DNA of 64,000 bases. Origin: the human T2T-CHM13v2.0 reference genome, Homo sapiens. Below are positions 1 to 14,399 of the stretch, one piece after another (positions within the stretch are counted from its first letter, which is position 1; each line of letters begins with the position of its first letter). The notes under the pieces were generated by a model that made no database searches, was not told where the DNA came from, and was given only the letters and a program-made list of their open reading frames with translations. The position numbers and the translations under genes were made by a program. Location: the NCBI RefSeq assembly GCF_009914755.1, contig NC_060934.1. One strand, written 5' to 3'.

Positions 1-48
1 TTTTTTATTCTACTCCCTTGCTAAACACAGTAACATAGTTGCAAATTA

Positions 49-817
49 CAGTTGACCATTGAACAAGGTGGGAGTTAGGGATGCTAAGTCCCCCACACAC
101 AGTAAAAAAAAAAATCAGTGTAGAGGCCAGGTGCAGTGGCTCATGCCTATAATCCCAGCACTGTGGGAGGCCGAGGCAGGCAGATCACCTGAGGTCAGGA
201 GTTCAAGACTAGCCGGGCCAACATGGAGAAACCCCGTCTCTACTAAAAATGCAAAAATTAGCTGGGTGTGGTGGCACATGCCTGTAATCCCAGCTATTTG
301 GGAGGCTGAGGTAGGAGAATCACTTGAACCCAGGAGGTGGAGATTGCAGTGACTGAGCTGAGATTGCGCCACTGCACTCCAGCCTGGGAGACAGAGCAAG
401 ACTCCATCTCAAAAAAAAAAAAAAAAAAAAAAAATCTGTGTAGAACTTTTACCTCCCCGCAAACTTAACTACTCACAGCCTACTGTTGACCAGAACACTT
501 ACAGATGACTTGAATGGTCGATTAACGCATAGCTTGAATGTTATATATATTATATACTGTATTCACATAATCAAGTAAGCTAGAGAAAAGCAAATGTTCT
601 TAAGTAAACCATAAGGAAGAAAAAAATGTGTTTCCTTTCTATTAAGTGGAAGTGGATCATCATAAAGGTCTTCATCCTCGTCAACTTCATGTTGAATAGG
701 TGAGAAGGAGGAAGAGAAGGGCTTGGCCTTGCTCTCTCAGGAGTGGCAGGGGAGGGAGGATATCTGTGTATCAGTCAACCTGCACAGTTCAAAGCTGTGT
801 TCTTCAAGGGTCCACTG
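49..817. mobile_element. Tigger2a (MER28)-like DNA transposon fossil interrupted by an Alu
   Basis: Terminal inverted repeats cagttgaccattgaacaa ... ttcttcaagggtccactg. Colinear with the second copy at 38109-38580. Confidence 0.8.
125..434 (+). mobile_element. AluS nested in Tigger2a
   Basis: Full dimer with poly-A; TSD aaaatc(a/t)gtgtaga. Confidence 0.92.
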
Positions 818-1182
818 CCATTGTACTCTTATTGCTTAATTATTTCCTTCCAGCCTCTCCAGGCTGATTTCTCATAGGCTCAAATGAAGAGTTGGTGAAT
901 GAATGAAACTTCCCTTCCAGGTTTTCCCCCATGCATCTCCTTTCCCCCTGCTCATCTCCCTAGATTGTATCCACTTTGAAAGATGGGAAACATGGTTACT
1001 ATTTCCCAGGGCTAACAGTAGAAAAACGTGCTCAGGACAAGTTTTAGAAGACTCAGCGTGAGCACTATTGATACACTAGACCTGCATTTATTAAGCAGCA
1101 TCTCTAAGAAGCTGTGACATTAAAATTTAAGCCACCACACTATTTTTTCCTGAAATCCCACAAAATTGCACTCTCCATCAGG

Positions 1183-1690
1183 TGTATTCATTTCTTGTGG
1201 TTGCTGTAACAAATTACCATAAATTTAGTGGCTTAAAACGTCATGATTTTTTTAAACACCATAGGTGTATCATTTTACTTTTATGGAGATCAGAAGTCCT
1301 TAATGGATTTTGCACATCAATATCAATGTGTCGGCAGGGTCATCCTCCCTCTGGAGGCTCCAGAGTGGGATCCATTTCCTCACCTTTTCCAGCTTCTAGC
1401 AGCTGCCCACATTCCTTGGCTCATGGCCCCTTCTCATAGCACCTTCCAAACTCTTCTAACCCTACTTCCATCAGCATAGATCTCCCCTGGAGCTGATTTC
1501 CCTGCCTCCTTCCTCCGCATATAAAGACCCTTGTGATTGCCTTGAGTTCACCAGGATAAAGATCTCCCATCTCACCATCCTCAACTTCACCCCATCTGCA
1601 AAGTCTCTTTTGCCATGTAAGGAAACATATTCACAGATTCCAGGATGAGGGTGTATACATCTTGCAGGGGAAGTCACACGGTTACACACT
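1183..1690 (-). mobile_element. MLT1-type (ERVL-MaLR) LTR ending ~60 nt upstream of the first exon's acceptor
   Basis: tgtattcatttc...gctgtaacaaattaccataaatttagtggcttaaaac terminus; internal tctgcaaagtctcttttgccatgtaagg. Confidence 0.75.
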
Positions 1691-1751
1691 GAGACTTCTC
1701 TTGAAACACGAATATCAAAGTCAACTTTCTGATCCCTTGTTTTCTTTTCAG

Positions 1752-2584
1752 ATGCAGAGAGAACTTGTTTATGCAAGAGGAGATGGCCCTGGGGCCCCTC
1801 GCCCCGGATCTACTGCTCATCCACCCCATGCGATTCCAAATTCCCCACCGTCTACTCCAGTGCCCCATTCCATGCCCCCCTCCCCGTCCAGAATTCCTTA
1901 TGGGGGCACCCGCTCCATGGTTGTTCCTGGCAATGCCACCATCCCCAGGGACAGAATCTCCAGCCTGCCAGTCTCCAGACCCATCTCTCCAAGCCCAAGC
2001 GCCATTTTAGAAAGAAGAGATGTCAAGCCTGATGAAGACATGAGTGGCAAAAACATTGCAATGTACAGAAATGAGGGTTTCTATGCTGATCCTTACCTTT
2101 ATCACGAGGGACGGATGAGCATAGCCTCATCCCATGGTGGACACCCACTGGATGTCCCCGACCACATCATTGCATATCACCGCACCGCCATCCGGTCAGC
2201 GAGTGCTTATTGTAACCCCTCAATGCAAGCGGAAATGCATATGGAACAATCACTGTACAGACAGAAATCAAGGAAATATCCGGATAGCCATTTGCCTACA
2301 CTGGGCTCCAAAACACCCCCTGCCTCTCCTCACAGAGTCAGTGACCTGAGGATGATAGACATGCACGCTCACTATAATGCCCACGGCCCCCCTCACACCA
2401 TGCAGCCAGACCGGGCCTCTCCGAGCCGCCAGGCCTTTAAAAAGGAGCCAGGCACCTTGGTGTATATAGAAAAGCCACGGAGCGCTGCAGGATTATCCAG
2501 CCTTGTAGACCTCGGCCCTCCTCTAATGGAGAAGCAAGTTTTTGCCTACAGCACGGCGACAATACCCAAAGACAGAGAGACCAG
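1752..2584 (+). CDS. KIAA1217: KIAA1217/SKT coding exon (~exon 6, 833 nt; Pro/Ser-rich; MQRELVYARG...KDRETR)
   Basis: Acceptor tttcttttcag|ATG and donor ACCAG|gtaagg. Lies within ORF 1662..2588. Peptides ISPSPSAILERRDVKPDED and EGFYADPY are recognised as SKT/SRCIN1 family. Ends in phase 2. Confidence 0.96.
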
Positions 2585-3435
2585 GTAAGGTGCAGTGAGG
2601 GTGACCGAGGGTGGTACCTGGGCCCATGTGTCACTGTGGGCAGCTCTACAGGGGTCAAACCGACAGAATAAATGTCTGAGCACCCATCTCTGCAGCATGT
2701 CCTGTGGATGCTGCAGGAGTCACAGAGTGGTGTCAAAGCCACCATTGTCTGCAAATAGTTTCTAAATTGGCAGGGGTTACAGTCATTAAGCCATGTTCAA
2801 GAAGACAGGTGCAGCAACAATAGTAATCAGTCCCTTGTGCCTCTGGAGCATGGATCTAAGAGCATTATCATTTGTATAAATCTGAATAATTTGGAAGAAA
2901 ATTGTCATTAGCAGAAGACAGATGAAAAGATCAAAAGGTCATAATAATTGATCTGCTACTGCTGAAAATAAGGAGTGAGTGTTTTCAGTTTTAACTGTTG
3001 GAAATGGCAGTTTGTGTTTTTCCTTGTGGAATACAATTTTGTTTTCTCATCTGGTTGTGGGAAGTGGAAATAATGTGTCTGTTTTCTAGGAGGATAAACA
3101 TCTGAATTTGCATGAAAATAGAATGGCTTAGATTTAATATTTATCTAGGAGTGGTGCTGAAATCAGCAAAATTTTTCCAGGGAAAGACTCTCTGGGGACT
3201 TGAATTTCTTTTTAAATAGACATATTTTATAATTTACCAATTCAGAAGCTTCCTACTCTATCTTGAAAACCTTCCAAAGTTCATATAGTAATAGAAAAGC
3301 TAATTTTGATAAAGGGAATTTCTCTAGCCTGAATTGGTTGAAACAAGTCAACATAATAATCATAAAAATCTAGCCAAAGAAATTGAGTCCAAAGAAGGTT
3401 TAAGCATGCTGCTACCTATTGTTATATATGAATCA

Positions 3436-3776
<341 letters not shown>

Positions 3777-5324
3777 TCAGTTATTCAATACCTTATTAGA
3801 ACCACTGCTTCTCACTAAAAAATGTTAATATCACTTACTATTATATACCATGTAAAAAGAAGGCCAAAATTGTGAATGGAATGTGACCTGTCTACCTTAC
3901 TGTTTTCACACACAAGTCAGAAAGCCCTGAAGTCCTCTTTAGCACAGTTTTATTATGAAAGGGCAATCCCTTCTTACTTGTTCAGTTACAGGGAATATCA
4001 TAGCAGAAAGATTCCAGGAGACAGAAAGAGAAAGAACATGAAAGTTCTGGGATCATTAATGAAACAAAAGTTCTAACTCTCTCATGTAGCTAGAATAACA
4101 ACAACAGTGAATGGCTTGATGATGCAGGACTAAGAAAAAATAAGGATTGGAAAATAGTATTCATTCTCTCCTTTCCAAAGTCCTCATGAAGTGAAATTCT
4201 AAGCATCAAAGAAAGGGACTCTTCCCGTCACTGCAGACAGCTAAGGGGTATAGGATAAACACTCATAGTGGTTCATGGGAACAGACCAATGTGACATCTG
4301 GAGAGGAATCTACCAAGATGTGCGATAAGTCTTGGAAGCCTGTGTTGCATACTTCACAGAAAGGATAACACACCTGTCCCCTTTGGCAGGCTTTGAGGTG
4401 CTGGTTGGGAAATGGTATGTTGCTGAGGGGATGGAACTTACGGGAGCAAGAATTTAGACCAGAAAACAATAAAGATAATTTGTCTCCTGCATATAATGTT
4501 GAGAGCCAGAATCCTACCTCCCACACTGACCTATCCTAGATAAAAGAGCATCAGGAGCTTGATTTTGCCATGACCATATTGAACTGTTTCCACCCCGGTT
4601 CTTGGATGATAAAAACCTGAATTTGCATGAAAACAGATTAGTTTAGATGTAATATTCTTTTGGGAATAGTGCTGAAATTATCAAAATTTTTGGCCAACCA
4701 AAGATGGTGTCTGCCTTCTTTCCAGAACCTAGCTCAGTGTCATCTGTGTGATTACCACGCACACACAACTTAATGTACATCCTTGAGCCTCACTTTTCAA
4801 GACGTTTAGTTATGGAGAGAATAAAACAAACCCTCTGCTGACCTGTGGAGTCATCTCTGTATGGGATCAAAATCTTGAAAGATTTTAGCTTTTGGTACTA
4901 TGGGTATTCTTTGAGAGCCTCCACTCCCTTTTTTAAAAAAGATCTGCCAACCCTAGAGACTTCCATTTTGTAAAATTTCAGAAAATTCTATGGACTTCAG
5001 TTTTACATGTTAGAAAACCTTTTTAGAAAATCCAAATTATTCTATTTCCAGATTAACAATATAAGAAAAACTGACAAAACAGATGAATATTCACCTAAAA
5101 TACAGTCATTATCACCAGTGTATTCTGACATATGATTGTAATTATGAATGTAATTTTACATGTTCACATTTTTCATTCCCCATAATGTAAAATAGCACAG
5201 GAAAAATTTTATCTCATACATCTTGCCAAGGTGACTCCCCACCTGTAATCAGCTTATCTCCAGAGGGTGGAATTGGAATGCTTGGGTATATGTGGGCCGG
5301 TTAGATTCTCTTTTCCTAGAGACC

Positions 5325-5432
5325 TGCACATAGACACACAGACACACAGAGACACACACATACCACATGGACACACAAAGACACAGACACACACAGACAC
5401 ACGACACACACACAAGACAGACACACCTACAC
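5325..5432. repeat. Imperfect (CA)n/(GACA)n microsatellite
   Basis: Seen directly in the sequence. Confidence 0.85.
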
Positions 5433-5744
5433 ATTCTCTCTACATTTAGACTCACTATTGCTGAAAGACCTAAACACTCCCCGCTAACTCCCCTCAGTCA
5501 CATGTCAAAGGTGAAGAATAATTCTCTGGTCAAAAGAACTTGAGTCTGGAACTTTTGCCCTCAGCACTCCTACATGCTTCCCCCATTGTTTCTTACATGG
5601 GACAAAGTGACAAGGGTGAAGCTCATGCCATACTTCCTCCTCCAAGGACAGCTCAGAATCTGGCCCTGAACTCTTTTAGATATCTTGGTAACTAGGCTGA
5701 CATGTAGCATTCCTGGGGAATGTATAGGAAGGAGGTGAATGGCA

Positions 5745-5935
5745 CCTATCATTTATTGAGAGCCTTTTATGAGCCAAGCACTATGTGAAGTGGTTTCTAT
5801 ACATTATATGATGTAATCATCATGACAACCCAGTGAGATATGTACTATCATCATCTCCTTTTTACAGATGGAGAAACTGAGGCTCAGAGAGGTTAAGTAA
5901 CTTGCCCGAGGCCACAAAGCCAGTAGGTGGCATAA
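5745..5935. mobile_element. MIR SINE
   Basis: MIR core ttttacagatggagaaactgaggctcagagaggttaagtaacttgccc. Confidence 0.8.
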
Positions 5936-8039
5936 AATGTCCAGGACTATTAAAGAATTCTACATATTCCATGCTGTTTACCACTGTGCAGTATTCTGCC
6001 TTGCAAATGAGAACTATAAGCCCCACCTCCACACAACAGAGAAGTTAATTCAGGAGTGAATTCTAAACATTTCAACCAGAATTCTTCAAAAATTGTTTCA
6101 GGACTAGATGCTAAGTAACTGCTCCTAAAGGATATTTACAATCATAAACACAGTAGAATTTGCATAATTATGCTGCTAAATATACACATGCCATTTTAAA
6201 TATAACTGCCCTAGCTAGTATATTAGCACAATTATGCAGAAATAGGGGAAGAAAGAGGACAGCATTCTTGGTAGACTTCATTTTTTTAAATGCATCTGAG
6301 TACTATGTCAAAGAAAAATGTTAAAAACAGGAACATCAGAAACAATTACCGAAGCACAAAATTATAATCCATTGTCTCATCTATACCATGATGTTATTTA
6401 GAAATGCTTAATCTGTGTAAGTATTGTTAAAGAATTTTCAACCCCTTAAAGCTTAACTTCATGAGCACAGGGTCGTATAAAGAACCAATCCAATTTCTGT
6501 TGCAATTTCATAATATTAAAAAGCAAATAAATATGAGAGTGTTTTTCATATGAGAGTCTCAAGTGACATTTTACATCGAAGATGTGAAGCTGCAAAAACA
6601 CCAGTGGGAGGCTGAGAAATCGGTGGCTGTGCTTTCTGTTGGCACTGCTGGGTTCTTATGCTGTTCTGAAGAGCACTTCAATATAGTAGCCCAAATAACT
6701 GTGGGATGTTAGAAATCAGAGGGAAAAATTCTTCCTTCCACATGCATACTTTGAAGACATCCAGTGGTAGCTTTTTTGAAGGAACATGATTTGGTAACAG
6801 CTCTGTTGACTTGAAAATAGCTCACTCAAGACTAAGTAATTGAGTCTTCAGTCTTATATTTAGTCACATACCTTGTGCTAATGAATTTGGCATTTCTTTC
6901 TTTCTAAAGATGCTTCAATGAGCATCTAGTAATAATAAATTGCATCTAGAATATCTGAAGAACACAGTGTCTATGGTATAACATTCTTGTGATGGTAGGG
7001 GTCTCCTACCAGGGACTTTGGGGTACAGTGACAGATCATAGCTGCTTTGACTTTCAGAACAGCCATTCTAGTGTCTGAGCTTCTAGAAAAGAAAGCAATC
7101 TTGAGTGATGAAGTGGTTTTATCCAAGTGACTTCCATTCAGCTAGGACTCCAAGTAGAGAATAGTCCTAGTGACCAGGAGAGACTGCCCAAGGAGACCAT
7201 GTGTGACAAATGGCTTAGTGCCTGAGGCTCTGTCTTCTCTAGGTTGTAAAATTACTTCATTAAACAGCATCATTATTTCTATTCATGGCACATAAAACAG
7301 CCCTTAAGAATTGTAAAATTCTGGGACATTTATGTTTTGCTATTTTCTATTTGTAGTTTGGATCATATACTGTAATGTAAAATACCTTTAGTGAAATAAC
7401 ACTCAAAATTCAAGAGTGCTTATCGCAAAGTGACTACCTTGCCTTCGAAATATGTAACAGATTCCTCCAAATTGATTTTTCAGGACCCAGTAAACTTGAA
7501 CTGAGATTGTATTTTTACACTATTCTATACCTAGAGCAGCTACATTCGACAAATTAGCATAGAGTTACACTAGGAAGAAAAATTTTGCCCATTCCGAGCA
7601 CCTATAACTACAGAAAAGCAAACAACTTGAGTTTCTATTATGATTTTTGAGGCATGGTAGACTTAGCAGAACCTTCTGTGTACAGGAGGAAGCCCACATG
7701 GCAACTGGCAGCTTGTGTCTGCTGTTAATCATTTCACATCACTTTCTCATTTTATGAGGATTCAATGTTACTATGTTGGTAACTTTTAGGGGTGAGATGG
7801 ATCCTTGGTTAAACAGTTGATCAAATGAAAGTCTAAATTCAGATTTATGTCATTGAAAAATGTTCACTGCGACTGGAAGACCTTTGAAGATTTCCTAAAC
7901 CATGATTTATCCTCCTAGAGGACAGTCAGTTTGAATGATGGGAAAAGAAGGATTACTTGCTTTCCTTTCTTGCTGGTATAGTAAAAAGTGAGCCACATCA
8001 GCGATATCCTAAGTAGTTACAGTTAGCATCTCGGTAAAG

Positions 8040-8727
8040 CAGAGTTTCTTAACCTCTGTACTGTTGTCAGTTTGGGCCTGATAATTTGCTGTAGGGGGCT
8101 GTCCTGTGCATTGTAGGATGTTGTCTTAGTCCATTCTGTGTTGCTATAAAAAATACCTGAGACTGGGTACTTTGTAAAGAGAAGAGGTTTATTTAGCTCA
8201 TGGTTCTAGAGGCTGAGAAGTTCTAGGGCATGGCCCTAGCTTCTGGCAAGGCCTTTTGTGCTGCATCATAGCATGGCAGAGAAGGTCAAGGGAGAAGTGA
8301 ACCCAGGCAAAGAGGGAGAAATCTGAGGGGGGTCTGGTTTCCTAACAACTCACTCTCATGGGAACAAATTCATTACTGATAGAATGAATCCAATCTCTTA
8401 AAAGCGAGAGCAAGAAATCACTCACTACATTGAGAACAGCATGAGGCCCTTCATGAGGGATCTGCCCCCATAACCCAAACACCTTCCACTAGGCCCCACC
8501 TCCCAGCACTGCCACGTGGGGGATCACATTTCAACATGAGTTTTAGTGGGGACAAACCATATCCAAACCGTAGCAGATGTTTAGCAGCATCTCTGGCCTC
8601 TACCCACTGGAAGCCAGTAGCAAATACCAACTACCAATCCTGACCTAGCCAGGATAATCAAAGACATCTCTAGATATTGTAATGCCCTGCCCAGGGGGGC
8701 AAAATGCCCCAGCTTAGAAACGTTGCT
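8040..8727. mobile_element. MER20 (hAT-Charlie) split by an MST-type LTR
   Basis: ggctgtcctgtgcattgtaggatgt | ttagcagcatctctggcctctacccactgg resumes after the LTR. Confidence 0.8.
8122..8575 (-). mobile_element. MST-family (ERVL-MaLR) solo LTR
   Basis: TG...CA termini; perfect 5-bp TSD gatgt (8117-8121 and 8576-8580). Confidence 0.85.
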
Positions 8728-11262
8728 CTAAAGGAAATTTGAACTTTTTCTACTTTTAATAAAATAGAGAAATGAAAGAATACCCCATGTTCAAGCAATG
8801 TAAATTGTGACATTCGTAAGGCAAGGACCAGGACAGTTATTACCTCCATTCTGCCCTCCTCCTCGTGATAAAGCAACTCATTATTGATAGAGCTTGCTAT
8901 GACTACCTTCAGGTCAGTCAATCTGCTCATCAACCAGTTGTTCAGAGGCAGTAACTTGTAATGGACTTCCAAGCCAGAGTGCCTGGGTTCAAATCCCAGT
9001 TCTAACACTTGCCAGCAGATGGGACCTTTGACAAAGTACCGAATCTTGCTCTGCCTCCATTTGCTCAACTGTGACATAGAGATAATAATAGTATCTACCC
9101 CACAGGATGCAACAACTCATTACAGTTCAGTGTGTTATGGCAGCCTGGGATATACTAAGTGGCTGAGAGTTTCTAGTTTGAGCAAAGCACTCTACTAAGT
9201 GCTACTAAAGAGGAATGTAAATACACAGAGTTGGCAAGGATGAGGAACTCCCCGAAGAAGCAGGGAGAGACATTTCTGAATATAATATCAGAAAACACGT
9301 AAGGTGAGCAAGGGTGAGAGAATTAAACTAAATGTGAACACAGAATAGAATGAGCTGGGCTTACAGATCCAAATTAGAATGTTTAGAGTATCAAAACTGC
9401 TTCGAAGTTCATTTCAGGAAAGTAGCCAGGGTTGCACATCTGCTTGGGTCCAGGGGCAAAAAGACAAGCTAGGTTCAGGGCATCCTTTTAAAACTGCATC
9501 TGAGCTATAAGACTGAAGATAAGACAGCTAAGCCAGGTATGCGTGAAATCATTAGGTTATCTGTTTTGATGCCTAATAGTGCTTGACTGATTCAGCTCTT
9601 GTCTGAATTGCTTTTTCATGTAGCTGTAATTATGGATCAATAAATGTTTATTGAGCTGCTCTTATGTGCTTAGCTGTGGACTGGAGGATTTGCTGCATAC
9701 AAAGAAACTGAGATATGGTTCCCATACACCAGGAACATAAACCATGAAGACAGTCATAAAATATTAAAAGCTTAATATAAACATATAAGCTTTGTCACGG
9801 TTTAAGTACAGGAAGCTTCGGAGTTACAAATGCCTACTGAATACCTGTTTTTGAGAAACAACCACAATCATTGAATTTCACACGTGATATTTCTTTTGGC
9901 TTTGGTGATGCCCAGGGATGCTCTTCTTGTCATTCCTGAGAGTGACAATGTCTCCTTGTGAGTCAGAGAGGAGAGAAGGGGACATGCCAAGTCACATGGC
10001 ACCCCCAGAGGCTTGAGCTCCAGAGAAAGATCTCTTCCCAGCTTCCCAAAGTCCAGCTTGGAAGTCAGGACACGTTTTCCTTGAAAACAATGAGGAACGA
10101 CGACAGGACTAATAATACATTGTAGGTTAAAGAGGCTTCCATGGGCCAGCTGGAAATCCAACCACCATTTATTCCAAGTTCTAAACAATGAAAGTACAAG
10201 TAAACTTTTCAATGACAAGCCTGCCATAATTTGGGGTCTGCTTGTACATAATTAATTCCAAAGAAGTGATACAGACGGTAATTGCTATGAATTCAGAAAA
10301 GGGAACATTTTCCCAAAGTTATGTGGGTCTCAGAGCCTTCTTGAGAACATTGAGATGGTCTAGAATTGAGGGCATGTACGTAATGAAAAGATGTCATTTG
10401 GGAAAGACCAACTAGTCTCTATCCAAAATTTGCTATACTTTTACCATCATGGTACCTATAAAAATGACATCTCGATATGATGTTTTGCCAGTCTCAGAAA
10501 TCAAGTGCTGACCAACTGAATTGTTATTTCGTTCACAGGAGTGGAATTTCATGGTTAAGTCATATTTGCTAGTTATTCCTTAGACTCCTGAGTTCAGGCA
10601 TCAGATACTTGATAAACATACTAGACCAACTAACAGATTTATGCAGCTAGCTCTATTCTTACACCAGGGATACTCTGTCAGAAATGCCAATGGAATAGCA
10701 GCCACAAGGTCTGTGTGCTACTTTAAACAAATCAATATCTCAAAAGGAAAAGGCGTCGTCTGTCACTAATTAGATCAAATTAAAATGTGCTGCTGTATCT
10801 CCTTTGAATATTCATGAGGTGCTCTCAATCAGAAGCCCTAAGTCTGAGACCAGAAACTTAAGCCAGAAAAAACTAAATACTGTGAGATTCAGATAACTCG
10901 GTCCTTTGCCAACTAGAACTTCAAAGAGAAGAGGAATAGCTTAGGTGCAGAGTAAGCCTCCTGAAAAGATGACAAAATCAGCTTAATGCAGAATCGTGGG
11001 GTTCCCACCCAACCTAAAGATGGATCGTCAAAATAGCCCAGGAGCTGATAATCCTAGACTCTGTTGACACACAGGACACATAGTTTAGCCTCTCTTGTGA
11101 TTTACTTGTCCTTCTGTCTGGCGGAAACCATGGAGATTACACTTGTCCTTATTTGAATTCTGGACTTCATTTTTCATGAATGAAGTGATTCAAAAAATAC
11201 AGCTGGGTCTAAGCATGAATTCTAACTTTCAAAAATCACAGATCTTAAAAAGTCTGTATTGA

Positions 11263-11561
11263 ACTGGGTGCAGTAACTCATGCCTGTAATTCCAGCATGT
11301 TAGGAGGCTGAGGCAGGAGGGCCACTTGAGCCCTGGAGTTCAAGACCAGCCTGGGCAACAGAGTGAGATCCCATCTCTACAAAAGACTTTTTGAAAAATT
11401 AGGTGTGGTGGCACATGCTTGTAGCCCTAGGTGCTCAGGAGGCTAAGGTGGAAGGATCACTTGAGCCCAGGAGTTGGAGGCTGCAGTGAGCTATGATTGC
11501 ACTACTGCACTCCAGCCTGGGCAACAGAGCAAGATCCTGTCTCAAAAAAAAAAAAAAAAAA
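11263..11561 (+). mobile_element. AluJ
   Basis: Dimer with poly-A; TSD aaaaagtctgtat. Confidence 0.88.
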
Positions 11562-12649
11562 AGTCTGTATATACTCATGCAGGGCCAACTTGTATCACCA
11601 GTAAATACTTCCTCTGTCTCCTTGTCCATCCTCAAAGCTAAAGAGACCTTGGAGAATACTGGGTCCTAATAGCTGACTTTACAGCAGGAGAAACAGCAAG
11701 GAGACTTCCTAAAGGTCCAAGGATGGGAGCTACTCTAGTTAAATGACATTTCGCTATCCTGCTGCCTTAAGGGTGGCTCCAGCCATTGCTCTTGACCTCA
11801 CAGCCACCCACTGGGCCACTCCACCTCCATCTCTCACCTGACTTGCTACAGTGGTCTCCCAAAAGGTCTCCCCACTCAGTCCCTGCCCACCTTCCGCCTG
11901 TTCTCATTGGGGAGGCCAGAGTGACCCCGTTAAAACGTGAGACCTTTCATGTCGAGCCTCAGCTCAGGACTCGCCGTGGCCCCCCTCACATTTTGTCTTT
12001 GCAAGCACAAGTAACTAAGACAAAACAAAAAGGAAATGCACTAGAGAGACCAAATATAGCAAATGTTTTTTTCTTTTCCCTAAGAGTCATTATTTTATTT
12101 CTTTTGAGTCCGCCCTAAGATTTACAGCTCTAAAGCAGGCGAGAGTGGGGAGTTCATTTCCACAGTCACCATGAGGTCCACTCAAGAGACCATCTCTCCT
12201 GACACCGTCTCTCATTTGAAGGTAAATTAGCTGGCCGTGTTCAGCTGGCCCATAACATGAAGCAACTGCTATTCCTACCTGTTTGTACCTGTGCAAAAAA
12301 TGAGATGTCAATTCCAGAACACAAATGTTCCAGATTAGCCTCAGGGAAGAGAAAGAAAATGCAAAACAGGTGATTTCATAAAGCAGGGTGTAGGCTTGCC
12401 CTGGGGAGTGGCGGCTCTAGGCACCCAGCAGAGAGCCAACAGGAAGTGAAGTGCCTCACCCTAGATGTGAGTCACTAAGGGAGGCAGCTCAGTGCCACAG
12501 AGAGCCCTGGATCCGAGAAAGCCTGCAAGCTAATTGATCTGTTTCCCTAAGAAAAGCCCTGCCTGGCTAAGCCTCAGTGTCTTTTGTCCTAATAAGGGGA
12601 TGATAATCTACTCAAGAGTTCTGTGCAATTTTTATTTTTATTTTTATTA

Positions 12650-13250
<601 letters not shown>

Positions 13251-14399
13251 GAGGGACAAGTTCTGTGCAATTTAAATGAAAATAGCTATTAGATCACTTT
13301 GTGTACTGGACAGTTTTCTATGAATAAATTTTTCATTGACATAAAACCATGAAGCCATAGAGTTGTGCCAGCCCTTCGGATCTGAGGGGGGTTGTGTCCT
13401 TATTCCTGACTTGGGGCTGTTTCCTGGTCCCATCCAGAACAGCCTACACAGAAAGTGAATTGTGAAATAGATTAAAGGCTGCCTGGAGCCTTCCCTAAGT
13501 GCATTTGCTGTGCTGGGCAGAGCACTGCTAGAACCTGGGAAGCCAATTGTGCATGCGGGGAACACCAGGCCTGGGTGGGACTGAGCTTGGACCTCCTGGT
13601 TGGACCTGCCCGCTTTTTTTTTTTTTTTTTAATAGCTTCATTCAAGATCACAGACCCAGAATGGGAAGAGCTATGGGATTTATGTAAATCCCTTCCAACC
13701 AGAAACTTATGTAATTCCAGGATTCTAAGTGAGGCTGGATTTCTGTGGGTAGTGGGTGTGAGAGAATGGGTACCCCTGTTTAACAAGGGGTAGGGGCCTT
13801 CTGAGACTGTTTCCTCTACAGAGTAAGGGTTCGTTCAGCCTTTTCCGTGGCCTGCCAAGAACTCAACTCCATGTTCCCTCACTTCCTGTAATTGACCTTG
13901 TCCAGGACTTTCTGACCTTGGAGAATTCACCTTTGCTCTTTCTGCTGCTTCGTGCATTCTTCCACCAAATGTCTAACTGACTGGCTCCTCTCCAAACTCA
14001 AGGCTTTGCCAAATGCCACCAGCTCAGGGAGGCCTTTCCTGGCCATGACACTTGAAGTTGCAACACTCCCCCGCAGTCTCCCGTGCCCCAGATGTAAGTT
14101 CCATGAGGGCAAGCCCTGTGCTTTTACCACCATATCCCCAGCATCTTGAGCTGTGCCTGGCCCAAGAAATATTTGTTGAATGAATGAATTTAAAGGGATA
14201 TCATGAAGGCTTACACATCCTCAATGGTTTACAGGTTATAATGTGCTTCGCTACACATTTTTCTCATTTGCCCTCATTTTGATGTCTCTGTAGGGTGACA
14301 GCCTTTGGGACAGGTAAGGCAGTTGTTTTCCCAATTCGATGGTTAAGGAGCGGAGACCCAGAGACGTTAAGTGACTTCTGAGTGGAGATTTGTATCTCC

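Noticed and set aside
1662-1751. N-terminal extension of the 308-aa ORF, and similar extensions at 41549, 48624, 50270, 52837 and 60375
   Set aside because: These lie upstream of clear polypyrimidine-AG acceptors and are intronic read-through.
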